Below, piece after piece: positions 38,431-52,620 of a DNA stretch of 64,000 bases (positions within the stretch are counted from its first letter, which is position 1; the number at the start of each line of letters is the position of its first letter). The notes below the pieces were generated by a model. That model was not told the origin of the DNA, did no database searches, and worked only from the letters and a program-made list of their open reading frames with translations. A program made the position numbers and the translations under genes. This DNA comes from Callorhinchus milii (Eukaryota). The stretch covers positions 2,046,001-2,110,000 of the forward strand of contig NW_024704743.1 of NCBI RefSeq assembly GCF_018977255.1, given 5' to 3'.

Positions 38431-39565
38431 TTGTTATTCTTGCTGTGTGCTGTTCTACACGTGTCTGCTGCGATGAGTTCGATGCTTTCTATCACATGTA
38501 CTGGTGTCTTGGAGGGGTTTACTGGGTTCCACCCGTCAGTGTTAGTGGCCTTTAACTGTGTGCGGATGGGGTCCGGCGGCTATAACCAGGAGAGGGGCGA
38601 CCGCGGCCACTGCATCGGCAGTTGTATTGTAAAGCCTCGAGATTGTTGTCATTTGGTGTTTTTTTTCTTGTTGTTGTTGTCGTTGTTGTTCTTTGAAATT
38701 ATGCTAATGACCCATCAAATCCGAAACACGTGCCTTTTTTCGAGAACTAATGAAAATATCACCAAATGGCATTCTGGAAGAGAGAGACAGAGAGAGGGAG
38801 AGAGAGAGTGGGAGAGAGAGTGAGAGAGAGAGAGAAATAAAGGAAGAGACGCCTATCAGTTAATTTTCACCCCTAATGACTCCAAATTGTTCATCATCCC
38901 CTATTATACTCCGGCACCGTTCTGCGACACACACAAAATAGTTGAAAGCGGAATAAATGACCTGACTTTGGGGCCCTGTCAATGAAGCCATTTTGCTAAA
39001 CGGTGTCTCCAAAGACACAGACATCATTCAATTAGGTTTATCTACAGGTCCTTAATTGCGTTTTAGGGCAGAGAGATGTGTGTGTGTGTGTGTGTGTGCG
39101 GGTGTGTGTGTGTGTGTGGTGTGTAAGGGGTCGATTAGAAGCCTTTTGCACACTCCTGTCGGCGCTTTTCAGTCAAGTCTCATTCATTCACTCATTCACT
39201 CATTCGGGGGGGGTGGGGGGGGGGATTGCTTCACGCCGCGCCGATCAGGCGGATTAAAGAGTAATTAAAACCCAGAAATTATCTGTCCCGACATTTGTTT
39301 TGTGCGGCAAAAAAAGAAGAGCGTCCTTTCTCCCTCCTTTCCTCCCTCCCTCCCTCCCTCTCCTCCGCAGAGAATGTTTCGGTTCCCCCCCCCACCCCAC
39401 CCCCACCCTTTTACAAAGTCGTTCGCATCCAACAAAAACAAAAAACAGAACAAAAACAAACAAGTCAACAGAAAAAGGGGGAACCAGAAAGGAGCCCGGG
39501 GTCGGGTTGGGATATGGAGACTTGTCATCATTGAAATGGAACCAATTTAGGATACAGGACTCAAC

Positions 39566-39619
<54 letters not shown>

Positions 39620-40021
39620 GCAACACAGGTATAAAGTGTGCAAGAGTGCCCCACGCTACACCCAATCCCAGTGCTGTTTGAAACGTGCTAAACTCTACTA
39701 AAAGAAGATCCCTTTCGATAGGGACGAGTTACTTCAAACAAAAACAAAAAAAAGTTATCTTTGCATTTAAAACTTACTTTGGTTTTGCGTTTGATATTGA
39801 CTTGGAATAGATTTGGGGAGCGATACGTTTCTGGCCGGAGCCCTAAAATGTGATTTTAGGACACCGAATGGGATAGAATAGTTCCAGAGATTGCTGACAT
39901 AACATGGAAATCACTTTTTTTCTCCCCCCCCCCCCCAAAAAAAAAGATCAATTTTTAAAAAAAAACGGTTTAGAGAGTGGAAATGAAGTTTCAGAAACGC
40001 GTCAATGACCCGATACTCGTT

Positions 40022-40052
<31 letters not shown>

Positions 40053-40886
40053 TGTTTTGTGTTTGTTTTTCTTGCGAGGAGGGACTTTGCTGTAACTGTC
40101 GGCGAGAACGTCAATCGCGCAAAAAAAAAGGAAAGCAGATGTTTAATGCTTTGGATTTCGCTTACATTTTTAATGGCAATTGCATCATCTGCCCGGCAGA
40201 GAACGGCATTAAAACGTGTGAGTGTGTGTGTGCGTGTGTGTGAGAGTGTGTGAGTGTGTGTGTGTGAGTGTGCGTGTGTGTGTGTGAGCGTGAGCGTGTG
40301 TGTGTGTGTGCGTGTGCGTGTGTGTGAGAGTGTGTGAGTGTGTGTGTGTGAGTGTGCGTGCGTGTGTGTGAGTGTGTGCGTGTGAGTGTGCGTGTGTGTG
40401 TGAGTGTGTGTGTGTGTGTGCGCGTGTGTGTGTGCGTGTGTGTGCGTGTATGTGTGTGCGTGTGTGTGCGAGTGTGTGCATTTGCCAAGCAATATACAGA
40501 AGAGCTATACAAGCAGTAATTCCCCCCCACCCCCACCCCCCACTCCCCCCCCCCCCCCCCAAAAAAAAAAAAAAACCCTTAGGTTTCTAAAACCTCCCAC
40601 TCGGGGACGGCCCTGAAATAAATTCTATATATTAAAGATATATAATCGTACGTGTCGACATGACCCTCAGCCCTCTGAGCCGCCCGGTGCCCGGGGTGAG
40701 AGCCGGAGCCCTCGGATCCCCTCCGGTGCTGCGCCTTTCGCTGTGGCGCTGATTCATTGAACCGCATTCTTGCGCTCATCTATGATTTGTGGACTCTGAC
40801 AACGGGAGAAACGCCGCTCATTCACAAATACTCTCCTTTCGAACTAAATGCTGAGACGAGTGTGTCACGGCTGGACCCACATCATC

Positions 40887-40937
<51 letters not shown>

Positions 40938-40980
40938 GCAAGTGAACTGCCACCGATGCCATTCTGGAGAGTCACCCCTC

Positions 40981-41472
<492 letters not shown>

Positions 41473-41930
41473 TCTGAGGCACTTCAGGAGCAGATTCAAC
41501 GCGCAATGGCACATTGGCCGCGTTTGAAGTGTTTGCACATCTGTGAAAGTTGCGGTCAGTTTGGGGGAAGTTTTAGATTAAATCCCACACGTTTCCTGCA
41601 ATTTTAAATATTAAATCGCGGATTTTTTTCTCAATTCAATGCAGACATTTCCCCCCCACCCCCTCCCCTTCTCCATCCAACCACAGCTCAGGGGTTAAAT
41701 AAATAGCGTCCTATCTGCACCGCACCCACACATCTCACAAAATTGAGTGATTAATTTTATTATTTTTAGAAACTACACGATTCTTTTCATTTGAATCCTC
41801 TGCCTCCCAGCGAACACTCCACTCTCCCCTACCCCCCCCCCCCCATACACGTACACACACACAAAACATTTAACTGCAGCTTTTAAGAAAAAACAAAAGT
41901 GAGAACGAGTATTTATAAACACCACAAATT

Positions 41931-41968
<38 letters not shown>

Positions 41969-42654
41969 GCTAACACGGATTTCTATGTAACCATATGTGA
42001 CACTTCTAAGATCAGTCAAAGTATCAGCGATTGATTTGTTTTGTTTTACATTCAGTGGCGATTGACAGGAAAAAGATCCGTTCAAAAAAAAAAGGGGCCG
42101 TTTCGAAAAAGCGCATCGACCGGCGCATTTGTAATCGATTAACCTATCGGGAGCACACAAGGCGTTTACACACGATGGCCCTCAGCCTTCTCCGCGTGTG
42201 TGTTGTGTGTGTGCGTGTGTGTGTGTTTAAATAAATATGTATATATATATGCAGAAAGATGAAGCAATTCAAAATGCAAACAAACAGAGTAGTTAGTACT
42301 TTAGTTAAACTGGAGGTGAGGGAACTCTCTCATCTGCACCAGGCGATCCAGGAACAAAGGCAGCGGTAATTGACTGCGACTCCTCTAAGCGGTTAGACAA
42401 GGAGGAGGGGGGGGGGGGGGGGGGGGGTGGGGGTCAACTTGTGCCCTCATGAATAGCTTTAAGATCTTAGATTTCCACCCAAACTACAAAGAATCCCTTC
42501 CTTCCCTGAGCAAACAAGCTTATCACCTCCTTGTTGCTTCTCACCCGTCATCCCGGCCCAAATATGTGAAACACTGCCCCCCCCCCACCCCCTCAGCCCC
42601 CACCCCCCACACCCCCCCCCCCCACACACACACACATATATAATACAACTGTAT

Positions 42655-42838
42655 TATAATAATAACAATAACAATCCTGGCATTTGATACAGGGCCCTAT
42701 CACGTCTTCGAGACGTCTCAAAGCGCTTCACAGGATACACTGTAAAGTGAAGTGACTGTGTGTTCTGTGGGCGAAACCCGGCAGCCGATTGCGCACAGCA
42801 GCGTCCCCACAAACAGCCGTGGGGTTGAGTGACCAATT
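42655..42838 (-). mobile_element. 5'-truncated SINE
   Basis: aatcctggcatttgatacagggccctatcacgtcttcgagacgtctcaaagcgcttcacagg...gggttgagtgaccaa. Confidence 0.88.
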
Positions 42839-44209
42839 TTTTAATATATATTCCTATTTTTTTTTAGATATTGCTATATGGAAATATGGACACACAAATA
42901 TGGAAACCCCACTCACACAATACAGATAATATATTCTTGCGTCGGGATGACGAGTTACAGGGAATAGGAGAGTAAAAAGCTCGTTTCCTTAGGGAAAGGG
43001 TATCTTTGGTGGAAATCTAAGACGTTAAACCTACAGTATATATAAATATATACTATAGGTTTAACATCATATATACATATATATGTGTGTGTGTAAATCA
43101 GGCTAAAGTATTGGATTGAGCGAGTGTTGTGTTTTACACGGTACAAACCGCACATGGTGACCTTTCAGCACTAATGAGAAGTGAATGTGAATAGGGATCA
43201 AATTGTCCTGTTAAATAAGACCCCAATTGCCAAGTCGCCCGTTAGGAGACAATTATATATACCCACGTGAAAATCCGCAGGAATGCGCTGCTCTTATGTT
43301 TTTTTTTGTTTAAAGTCTCTGAGTCTTACGGATCCGGTTTCCCTCGCCCGGGCTGGTGTTAATGCTCCGGGACGTATAGTGTTGCACAAGTTTTACCGTC
43401 ACAATAGCCCGTGTTGTGTCTATAGGGGGATTAACAGGTCGGAAGTGAAGGGGGGAAAGCCTTGAAATTCCAGGCGAGAGGGGGAAAAAAAAGGGCGTTG
43501 GGAAAACATTTACTGGGCAGAGGAAATAAGGAAACCAGGAAAGCACCGGTTAACTGCACCGATTGTTGTGTGTGTTTGTTTGGGTGTGGAAATCCTGATC
43601 CCAATAAAGTACACCCGTTCTTAACATGTTACTGACACTTTTATTTTACTTTTTTTTCTGACCTGTTCACAGTTGCGGAAATATATATATATATATAATA
43701 TGTGCATGAATAAATAAATTTAAACGTTGTGGATTTTGTCTGTTGTATTTTCAGTGTCATGTGCTTCACGATTCCCAGGTTGGGAATGGGATTTCCTGGA
43801 CTCCTTTGCCCTTATTCCTCTCTACAACTCAACCCAGAAGAAAATAGTAACTTAAAGTAACTTACAGGCCGGCCTTCGTTCCTTCCTCTTTTCCTTCCTT
43901 CATGTCTTCCTTCTTTTCTTCCTTCTACGCTTGATCTGCTCTAACTCCCCATCACTCGGATTTAGCTCTTAACAAGCGGTTTAGCTGTATATGTGTCCAC
44001 AGTTCAGGTCAAAGTGTGAGCGTGTGTGTGTGTGCGGAGGGGGAGGGGGGAGTTTGGTACCTACTGAGAGTGTTAACTCCTGTGTCAGTCCAGTAAAGAG
44101 AATCGCACTCCCCAAATCTATCCTGTGGGTCAAGTGACTCTGGTCTGCAATTGCCCAGTGCATACACCAACCCCAGCGAGGGATTCAATTAAACTGTGCA
44201 ATAAATATA

Positions 44210-44241
<32 letters not shown>

Positions 44242-46947
44242 AATAATATGTGTATATATTATATATATGTGACCACCCTTTGAACGAATCTTTCGAGCTG
44301 CTTTTTATATATATATTTTTTTTAAAAATTGATCCAAAGGATTTCACTGGAAAACGTGTGTTGTCAATAGGGGAGTGTGTGTGTGTGTGTGTGTGTGTGG
44401 GGAGAGAGAGGGGTTGAGAGAAAGGATTCCATCCCAAAACGAGCATCACTGGATTCAATGTGCAGTGGAACACATTGTGGATATGTATACGTTTGCGAAG
44501 TTGCTGGAGGTTAAATCACGGTGAGATTCCAGGGATTTTTATAGCTGACCAGCGAGTATTTTCTTTCCCCCCTCTCCCCCTCTCTCTCTCTCTCTCTCTT
44601 GACTACCACTGCATTCATTCATCGTTCTACTTGGTTGGACACACGGACTGGGAGCAAGAGGCGACGGGGCAAAGCGATTAAATTCTTTTATGCCTTCGTA
44701 TTCGAAAGGAAGCCCTCGCTATAATCCGGTCGGAGGCATTTCTGAGTGGCTGAAGTCCAACTCGCCAACCCCACCCCACCCCACCCCACCCCACGAGAAG
44801 CCAAACGAACGCAGCGCTAAAATGCAACATGGGCCAACGGAACCACCTGTGGAGGACCACAAGTGATGGGAAATATAACGCGAGGGATTTAGGAGTTGAT
44901 CAGAGTTTGTATTTGCCCAAACAGCGAGAACTATTTGACGGCTATTGAACTGTCAACGGTAGGATGGGCCCCAACCGATCTCGTGTGTCCTGTAGGGTCC
45001 AAGGAACACCCCCCCCTCCCCCCCCCCCGTGATGTTTTAGAGTGTTTCCTGTGAACCAGGAGAGGGGAAGATTCAGTTCCTCTCGCGGGAAAGAAACCCG
45101 TGAAAAGTTTGACATAAATGAAGGAGAATTGGTTTGATTATTTCTTCTGTGTGTGTGTGGGGTGGGGTGGGGGGGGGTGTTGTGTGTGTGTGTTTGTGTG
45201 GGAGTGGGGGTGTTGTGTGTGTGTGTTTATGTGTGTGTGGGGGGGGTGGGGGTGTTGTGTGTGTGGGGGGGGGGTATGGGGGGTGTTGTGTGTGGTGGGG
45301 GTGTTGTGTGTGGTGTGTGTGGGAGGGTTTGTGTGTGTGGGGGGGTGTTGTGTGTGTGGGGGGTGTTGTGTGTGTGTGGTGGGTGTGTATGGGTGGGGGT
45401 GTTGTGTGTGTGGGGGGGTGTTGTGTGTATGTGTGTGTTTACCCACTGAACCTAACATTAATTTCAAAAGATGTCGAAGAGGTCTATAATCCATTCACCA
45501 CCCCCCCTCCCCCCCATGTGTCTCATTCGTTATGTTCAAGCTCAGCCACACTGTTCAGGAGACACTGGACTGATGGCAAACTCTCCTCTCAGTGTGTTTT
45601 ACTACAGAGACTTCCCAACAACTGGGAATCTGAGACAACCGCCAATGCCAGAGTCAGAAATGCCATTTTTTTTTGAATGAAGTTACTCGCCTCTCGGGCT
45701 TTCCGCTGCAAACTGAGCGGCCAGAGTCCATCAGAGGGAAAATATCACCTGCAGGATCCATGGAAACACTCTTTAGAGTTTACTCCGGTCCATTGGAAGG
45801 CATTGCAATGTCTCAACTCCGGCATTGAAACTCGACTCATCGATATTCACTGCAAACGCTGTGGTTTGGACACTCACACAGTCACACACATACACACACA
45901 CACAGTCACTCACACACACACACTCTCACACACACAGTCACACACAGTCGCTGAGAGGCTCTGATGTTGTGTTGTTGGTTATTGAGTGTTTTGTTTGGAG
46001 GGAGGGCGTGTAATTAACTTCTTAAGACCTGTTGATGTCAGTCACCACCTCGGGTCCCCCCCCCCCACACCCATCCTACTTCTTCCCTTCCAAACCTTTC
46101 CAGCTGAAGAACTTGATCAAAAAACAAACCAATGCCCGAGTCTCCAAGTCTCCAGGCACAGGGCTTGGACGCTGCGTTTACTGATAGCAGTTAAAAGTTC
46201 AGTCGACTTTAACGCTCTCTGTGAACCACCATCTCATGTCATCCCATCTCATCTCATCTCATCGCCGCTACCCCCGGGCGCCGATTGGAAACCCCGGGAG
46301 GATGTTTCTAAAGCCGTTGTCAACGAGGTCAACGGACCTTTTCTTATTCTGAAATGGAAAGCACGGCTCGGGCTTGTGAGACGGGCTGTGGGCAAGTGAG
46401 TGAGGCCTTTGGGTGTCAGCTCTCTCTCTGCTGCCCACACACCCTGGCAACACACAGCAAAAACAGACACTGGTAAAGTCTCCGCCGAATACCCCTCACA
46501 CCGCCGAGTCCCCTTTTAGGGAAGATGTGGTGACTCGGTGGTCCATATCAGAAGCCAATGTGGAGTCTTTCAGCAGCAGGTCCTGCTGGGAGCAGTGGCT
46601 TGGGGTACCGTGTGGAGACTGGGGGCCACGATGGGCTGGTGGGTGGTGAAACTGGCTCGACCTTGGCCTCCTCTCGCCGAGCAAACTCTTACCTTCTTAT
46701 TTTCATAACAACAACAATTTTCACTTTCTCCTGCGAGCCCCCGCTGTGCCCGAGTTGCACAGGTTTGGCCCCTTCAGTGTGTCTCTGGCCCGGCTCGAGG
46801 TTTTCGGATTGATTTGTTGACGTACATATTAAAAAGAAGGTTAATTTTTTTTCAGAAACTCATGTGCCCTCCCAGGGGCAACTGGGGAGAGGAGGGCGAG
46901 TTCGGATGTACAGTAACACAGCTGTAGGCGGTTTGAGAGTCAGAGAA

Positions 46948-47055
46948 AATAATAATAATAATAATAATAATAATCCTTGCATTTGATATAGCGCTTTATC
47001 GCGTCTTTGAGACGCCTCAAAGCGCTTCACAGAATACACCACACGATGAATTGAT
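46948..47055 (-). mobile_element. SINE 3' tail fragment
   Basis: (aat)n ccttgcatttgatatagcgctttatcgcgtctttgagacgcctcaaagcgcttcacag. Confidence 0.85.
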
Positions 47056-47677
47056 TTCGATACAAAAGTTTGCATCGTTTGGCCTGTTCAAAGGGGGGAA
47101 TAGAGGGAGTTTGGTTACCTGAGGTGACCTCCATTTATAGTTATGTCAGGGCTGGGAAGTGAGGTGAGGTTTTGGTGAGCAATCAGTGAGCAGAAACTGT
47201 GTGTGTGTTTAAGATGATATATAGTTTAATGATTATCAAGGCACCTGGAACATCTGGGTGTCAATCACACATGGGAATGGTCCATCTAATCACTGTCATT
47301 ACCTCTAACTTTCACCCCCCCACCCACCACCATCCCCCGCCCTCAAAACATGTCTTACAACGAGTTGGCGGTCCAATTAATGCTAATTTGGTCAAACACC
47401 GAGAATGGGTGGAGTTCCTCCGCCGCACATTCATTCACACAGTCAACCCCAGCAGTTTAGAAATAAATGCCTCTTTAATTTCGCCGAAGAGTTTCTAAAC
47501 TACTTGCTGTCCGCTGGTCTTGTTTTTTTTTGGGGAAAAAAATAAAATGTGATTAACCAACGCATTATATAGCCAATTATTAGTCAACTTTGGGCGGGGT
47601 GACGATGATAACTGGGAATCTTAATAAGGTGGACCTTTTCTTTTGCACAGCGACGATGATTGTTTTAACGGTTTGGT

Positions 47678-48143
47678 TGTGTGTGGGGTGTGTGTGTGTG
47701 TGTGGGTGTGTGTGTGTGGGGGTGTGGGGGTGGGTGTGTGTGGGTGTGTGGGTGGGGTGGGTGTGTGTGTGTGGGGGGGGTGGGTGTGTGTGGAGTGGGT
47801 GTGTGTGTGTGGGTGTGTTGGTGTGTGTGTGGGTGGTGTGTGTGTGGGTGTGTGTGTGTGTGGGGGGGGGTGTGGGGGTGGGTATGTGGATGTGTGGGTG
47901 TGTGTGTGTGTGGGTGTGTGTGTGTGGGTGTGTGGGTGGGTGTGTGTGTGGGGGTGTGTGTGTGTGGGGGGGGGGGTGGGTGTGTGTGTGGGTGGGTGTG
48001 TGTGTGTGTGGGTGTGTGGGGGTGGGTGTGTGTGTGGGGGTGTGTGTGTGGGGGGGGGTGTGGGGGTGGGTATGTGGATGTGTGGGTGGGTGTGTGTGTG
48101 GGTGTGTGTGTGTGGGTGGTGGGTGGGGGGGGGTGTGGTTGTG
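47678..48143. repeat. GT/G-run low-complexity tract (similar tracts at ~45145-45440, 40215-40480, 36630-36880, 17390-17590, 21008-21200)
   Basis: Direct inspection. Confidence 0.95.
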
Positions 48144-48493
48144 GCATGTTAATTATTACATGGAGCAACAACGTGAGATCAATCAGTTCGTGTGCTATCG
48201 ATATTTGGGAGGCGATTTCGCGTCGATTTGTGACGACTGATTTTAGCACATGGGACAGTTCGGGCATTCAAACACCTCAACACCTCAGCGGCAAAACACG
48301 ACGCTTTATACCTTATGACTGACGATATTACTTACTGCTCTACATTGCGGGAAAAAAAATTTTGCCAGCGAGTGCAGCAAAATAAGTCTGCAAATGATCA
48401 TGGAACGAATGTTACAGGAACATTTTTAGTTGGCGTTGGGATTTAACACCAAGCAAAGTGTGTTAGGAAAAAGGTTAGAACACGGACTTATAC

Positions 48494-48524
<31 letters not shown>

Positions 48525-49874
48525 ATATATATTTGGTGCAGAAGAGACTTTGGAAACCGATTTAGAAAAACATTTCAATTAATTTGAAAGCAATGTTTAG
48601 CACTGTTCGGGATACCAGGTGGAAATATTACTTTTCCCCCAAAAAAATAATAATCAAGAAATAGAAAAGTATAATGAAGTCAAGAATGGGAGTATATATA
48701 CAGAAGGCCTGTGTGTGTGTGGGGGGGGGGGGGGTTGGTGGGGGGGAGAGGGGGCGAGAAATAAGTGCGTTCAAAATGTGAGCAAAATGAGGGGTGTGTG
48801 TGTGTGAGAGAGAGAGAGAGAAACAGTGTTAGGAATCCGCATGGAATCTCGATAAGGCTCCAAACTTCATATCGCCCTTAATTCAAGCTCTGGACGACGT
48901 GAAATGTCCCTTCAAGTTGTTCATGTCGTTCAATTTCTATCTTTTTTTGGGGGTGTGTGTGTGTGGGGGGGGGGGGGGGTGAAGGTGAAGGAGGGGTGGG
49001 AGAGAGAAAGTAAATGGCAAAGCTCTCAAATTCTCCTTCTTTCTCATTGCAAAGATAACATGTATATAGATATGTATATATATAAAATATATATATTTTT
49101 AATCGGAAAGCCGGGACATATTTATTTGTAATTGCATCGAATCAACGCCAAAGTGCAGTTATTTGTTTAAAAATATAACTTTCACCGCTTGAAACGCCCT
49201 GAAGAGAGAGAGAGAGAGAGAGAGAAAATAGCTCAATGGCTAAAGCGCGTTGCGAGCGACTTTAAACGAGGGGTTTAATTACTGGGTATCAGTGCGTTAG
49301 AGAGAAGCCTAAACAGTCACAGACTGTGTTGGTGGAGGTCTCTCTAATCGCTTTTCATGCTATTATCTCACAGTTAAATCTGCTCCCGGTGCAACTGACT
49401 ATAAAGTGAGAGTCGCGAAAAAATGCAGCGATTTTTTGTTTGGACTCCATTCACCCCCTCCAACACCCCCCTACCCACCCACCCCCCCCCCACCACACAC
49501 ACACACTCCCCACCTCCCCACTCCCCACCTCCCCACATGCCAAACTTTGTGGTGTTGACCTTTGCAAAAGCAACTCCCATCCACGCACCCCCACAACCCC
49601 CCCCCCACCCCCCCACACACACACACCTTTCTTAACAGGGAAAGTTTACGCACACACACCCCCACCCCACACACACCCACACTCCCACACACACACACAC
49701 ACACACAAACAGGAGCTGAAATGAAACGGAATGAAATCCTCACCGAGTTTTGAACGTGAAACGGAGACACACCATCTCAGATCAAACACAAACACCGATT
49801 GGTGTCGCAAATCTACAGAGAGAGAACCCAACCAAAGGGAAAAGATCGATGGTTAATATACTTGGCTTAAAACA

Positions 49875-49875
49875 C

Positions 49876-49906
<31 letters not shown>

Positions 49907-49913
49907 TCTCCCC

Positions 49914-49944
<31 letters not shown>

Positions 49945-50725
49945 CCCCCTCTCTCTCTCTCCCCTCCCTCTCTCTCTCTCTCCCTCTCTCCCTTTCTCTC
50001 TCTCTCTCTCTCTCCCTCTCTCTCCCTCTCTAGCTACACCCGTGCTGCTGTGTTGAGCTGTGGGTATAAACAGCTGTTGGGTTGTCTGTGTCCGACCCCG
50101 ACCGACTTTCGGTGGTCTTTCCTTCATATGCAGGAGCGCACACTCGAACACATCTCCATCTCCACCAAACTTGTCCCGCGAAACAAGGCACTCAGGTCAG
50201 ATGTGTGTGTAACAAAAAAAGACGACACACTCACTCACACACTCACAGACACACTCACTCACACACTCACTCACACTCACAGACACTCACTCACACTCTT
50301 AGACAAACTCATTCACACACTCACACACACACACAGACACAGACTCACTCACACACACACTCACACACTCATAGACACTCACTCACACACTCACAGACAC
50401 AGACTCACACACTCACAGACACAGACTCACACACTCACAGACACAGACTCACTAACTCACACAGACACAGACTCATTCACAGACACAGACTCACTCACAC
50501 ACTCACAGACACAGACACACTCAGTCATTTACACACTCACAGACACAAACATACTCACTCACTTCACTCACACACTCACAGACACAGATTCACTCATTCA
50601 CAGACACAGCCTCACTCACTCACTCAAACACTCAGACACAGACTCACGCACACACTCAAACACTCAGACACAAACTCACTCACACACTCACAGACACAGA
50701 CACACTCACTCACCCACACACACAA
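49875..50725. repeat. (CT)n tract 49875-50030 and CA/CTCA/GACA compound repeat 50226-50725
   Basis: Direct inspection. Confidence 0.93.
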
Positions 50726-51586
50726 ATGCGACAGCATCTGACCTCAGTGAGAACCTTTCTCAATCGGCTCTGCTCTTTCCGACCGAAAACTCCCCCCCCC
50801 CACCTCCCTCCCCCCCCCACCCCCCTCCTCCCCTCTTCTCGAGGCAAAAATGAAAGCCTTATGTTTAAACCAAGGCTGCAAACCCCTCGCTTATTTCCAG
50901 TTACAACGGTTTTATCGTCGCCACAGACACACACACACACACACATTAGCCCCAAGTCTTGACTTGGAAACCGAACCAGTCAGTTGTTTTATTTATGTGG
51001 CTTTTGTTTTGCCTTTCCCGCTGCTGTTTATCACGGGCATCACAAATCACTGCAGTTTAGCATCGGGGGCGGGGGGTGGGGGGGGGCTTTTAAAGCAGCG
51101 GAGTGTGTGATAAATGGTCATGGCTGAGCTTCCAAAGTGGGGGCCTGATATCAGTCTGTTTCTGGCTCTAACCCGCGTTACTGCACTACAGACAGTCTCG
51201 TTACCTTAAAAACTTGTGGCTAAACCACACCAAAGGTCGTGTCAATCGGAACCGGTTGCCCCCCCCACCCCCTCCTATCCCCTCCCCCTCCTCCCTCCCC
51301 CCCCACCATCTCCTATCACCCCCCCCCCACCCCTCCTATCCCCCCCCCCCCACCCCCCCTCCCCCCCCCCCCCCACCACACCCCCAAAGCAACGTTGGCG
51401 TCTGAACTCCCAATAAAACACAATAGCTCATAGAGCTTATTTACTGAATGGGAGAAAATAAGTTATGTTTGTTTCTCTTCACTTCACACAAACTTCAACT
51501 TTCCCCCCAACACCCCCTCCTCCCCCCCCACTCACACACACCTATGTGTTGTGTTTCTAACCCAATCCAAAATTAATTGTGCAATA

Positions 51587-51950
51587 AGTCCTGTAGCTCA
51601 GGGGTTAGAGCACTCGCCTCGCGAGCGAGAGTACCCGGGTTCGATCCCCGGGCAGGTCAGGGCGAGACATTGGGCAAGTTTCCTCACTCCACACACACAC
51701 ACCTCTGTTTACCAGCAGTCAGTAGGAACCCGGTTGTTAGTCAATCACTTTTCTGGGGGGGGGTTTATAATCCCTTCAAAAAATAATAATAATTTGGTCA
51801 CTCAACCCACGGCTGTTTGTGGGACACTGCTGTGTGCAATTGACCGCCGCGTTTCGCCCACAAAGTATAGAGTCAATTCACTTTACAGTATTTTCAGTGA
51901 AGCGCTTTGAGTCGTCCGGAGGATATGATAATCAACTGCAAGGATTGTTA
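51587..51950 (+). mobile_element. tRNA-derived SINE, full length, best-preserved tRNA-like head; closest full copy to En2
   Basis: A box TAGCTCAGGGGTTAGAGC, anticodon-like arm CTCGC-CTCGCGA-GCGAG, T arm CCGGG-TTCGATC-CCCGG, then the family body and a degenerate tail. Confidence 0.9.
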
Positions 51951-52164
51951 ATACTATGATGATCATAGTAACAAAACAGGGGATTGTGGGAAGGTCCGGG
52001 CTGGGAGGGCTGGTGATTGGTGGGGGTGGGGGGGGGGGGGGTGTAAAGACTGCTATTGTAAAGTGGAATAAAAATATATACATACACCCTGTAAATATAT
52101 ATATATGTGAGTGTATGTGTGTACACTGGAGGCACAGCGGCTGAATACAATAGTAGGATAACGA

Positions 52165-52230
52165 TATAATAATCCTTGCACTTGACACAGAGCGCAGTGC
52201 CGTGTCTTCGAGACGTCTCGAAGCCCTTCG
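52165..52230 (-). mobile_element. SINE 3' tail fragment just upstream of the candidate En2 promoter
   Basis: ataataatccttgcacttgacacagagcgcagtgccgtgtcttcgagacgtctcgaagcccttc. Confidence 0.75.
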
Positions 52231-52429
52231 CCAAGGAGGGGACGGTTGGGTTTGAGGTGGAGGTGGCGGTGATGGGTTTCTGCGGTCTGTGTGTGTTGGT
52301 GTGTGTCTGGAGAGGGGGGTGTGGGGGTGTGGGGGGGGGGGGGGAGCCCTCCAGCTTTAAGTGAGACAGTGAGGGAGGGAGGAGGGTGGGGGGAGTGGAG
52401 TGGGAGGAAGGGCGAGGCGAGGTTGATGG

Positions 52430-52620
52430 CGTTGCCATCCTAATGGAGTGTCATCACCATCATGTGGTGGGATCTGCTCCCGGTTATTGGACAGAGGCAC
52501 GTGTCGGGGAGACCGGGAAACAGCGTCACATGACAGGGATCCTATTAAAAAAAAGAACTCCAATCCTCACACAGTGAAAGTATTCTTCATCAGTTTAGCA
52601 GCTCTTTAATTTATATTTCC
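52430..52620 (+). promoter_or_regulatory. Candidate En2 core promoter
   Basis: Unique-sequence island between G-rich and C-rich tracts. It has an inverted CCAAT (ATTGG 52486-52490), E-box CACGTG 52498-52503, near-palindromic GTCACATGAC 52525-52534 and TATA-like TATTAAAA 52543-52550, ~1.1 kb upstream of the ATG. The TSS is not directly observable. Confidence 0.5.

Noticed and set aside
45986..46812. Cluster of non-repetitive short ORFs in a GC-richer stretch
   Set aside because: No recognisable domain or consistent exon structure; most begin at non-ATG codons.
49750..50853. 367-aa ORF
   Set aside because: Mostly (CT)n and CA/CTCA repeats; no recognisable protein features.
51587..51660. Functional tRNA-Ala gene (likewise heads at 3082, 4978, 25090, 28430 and ~27080-27160)
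   Set aside because: Imperfect acceptor stem, no oligo-T terminator after the cloverleaf, and each continues into a SINE body.
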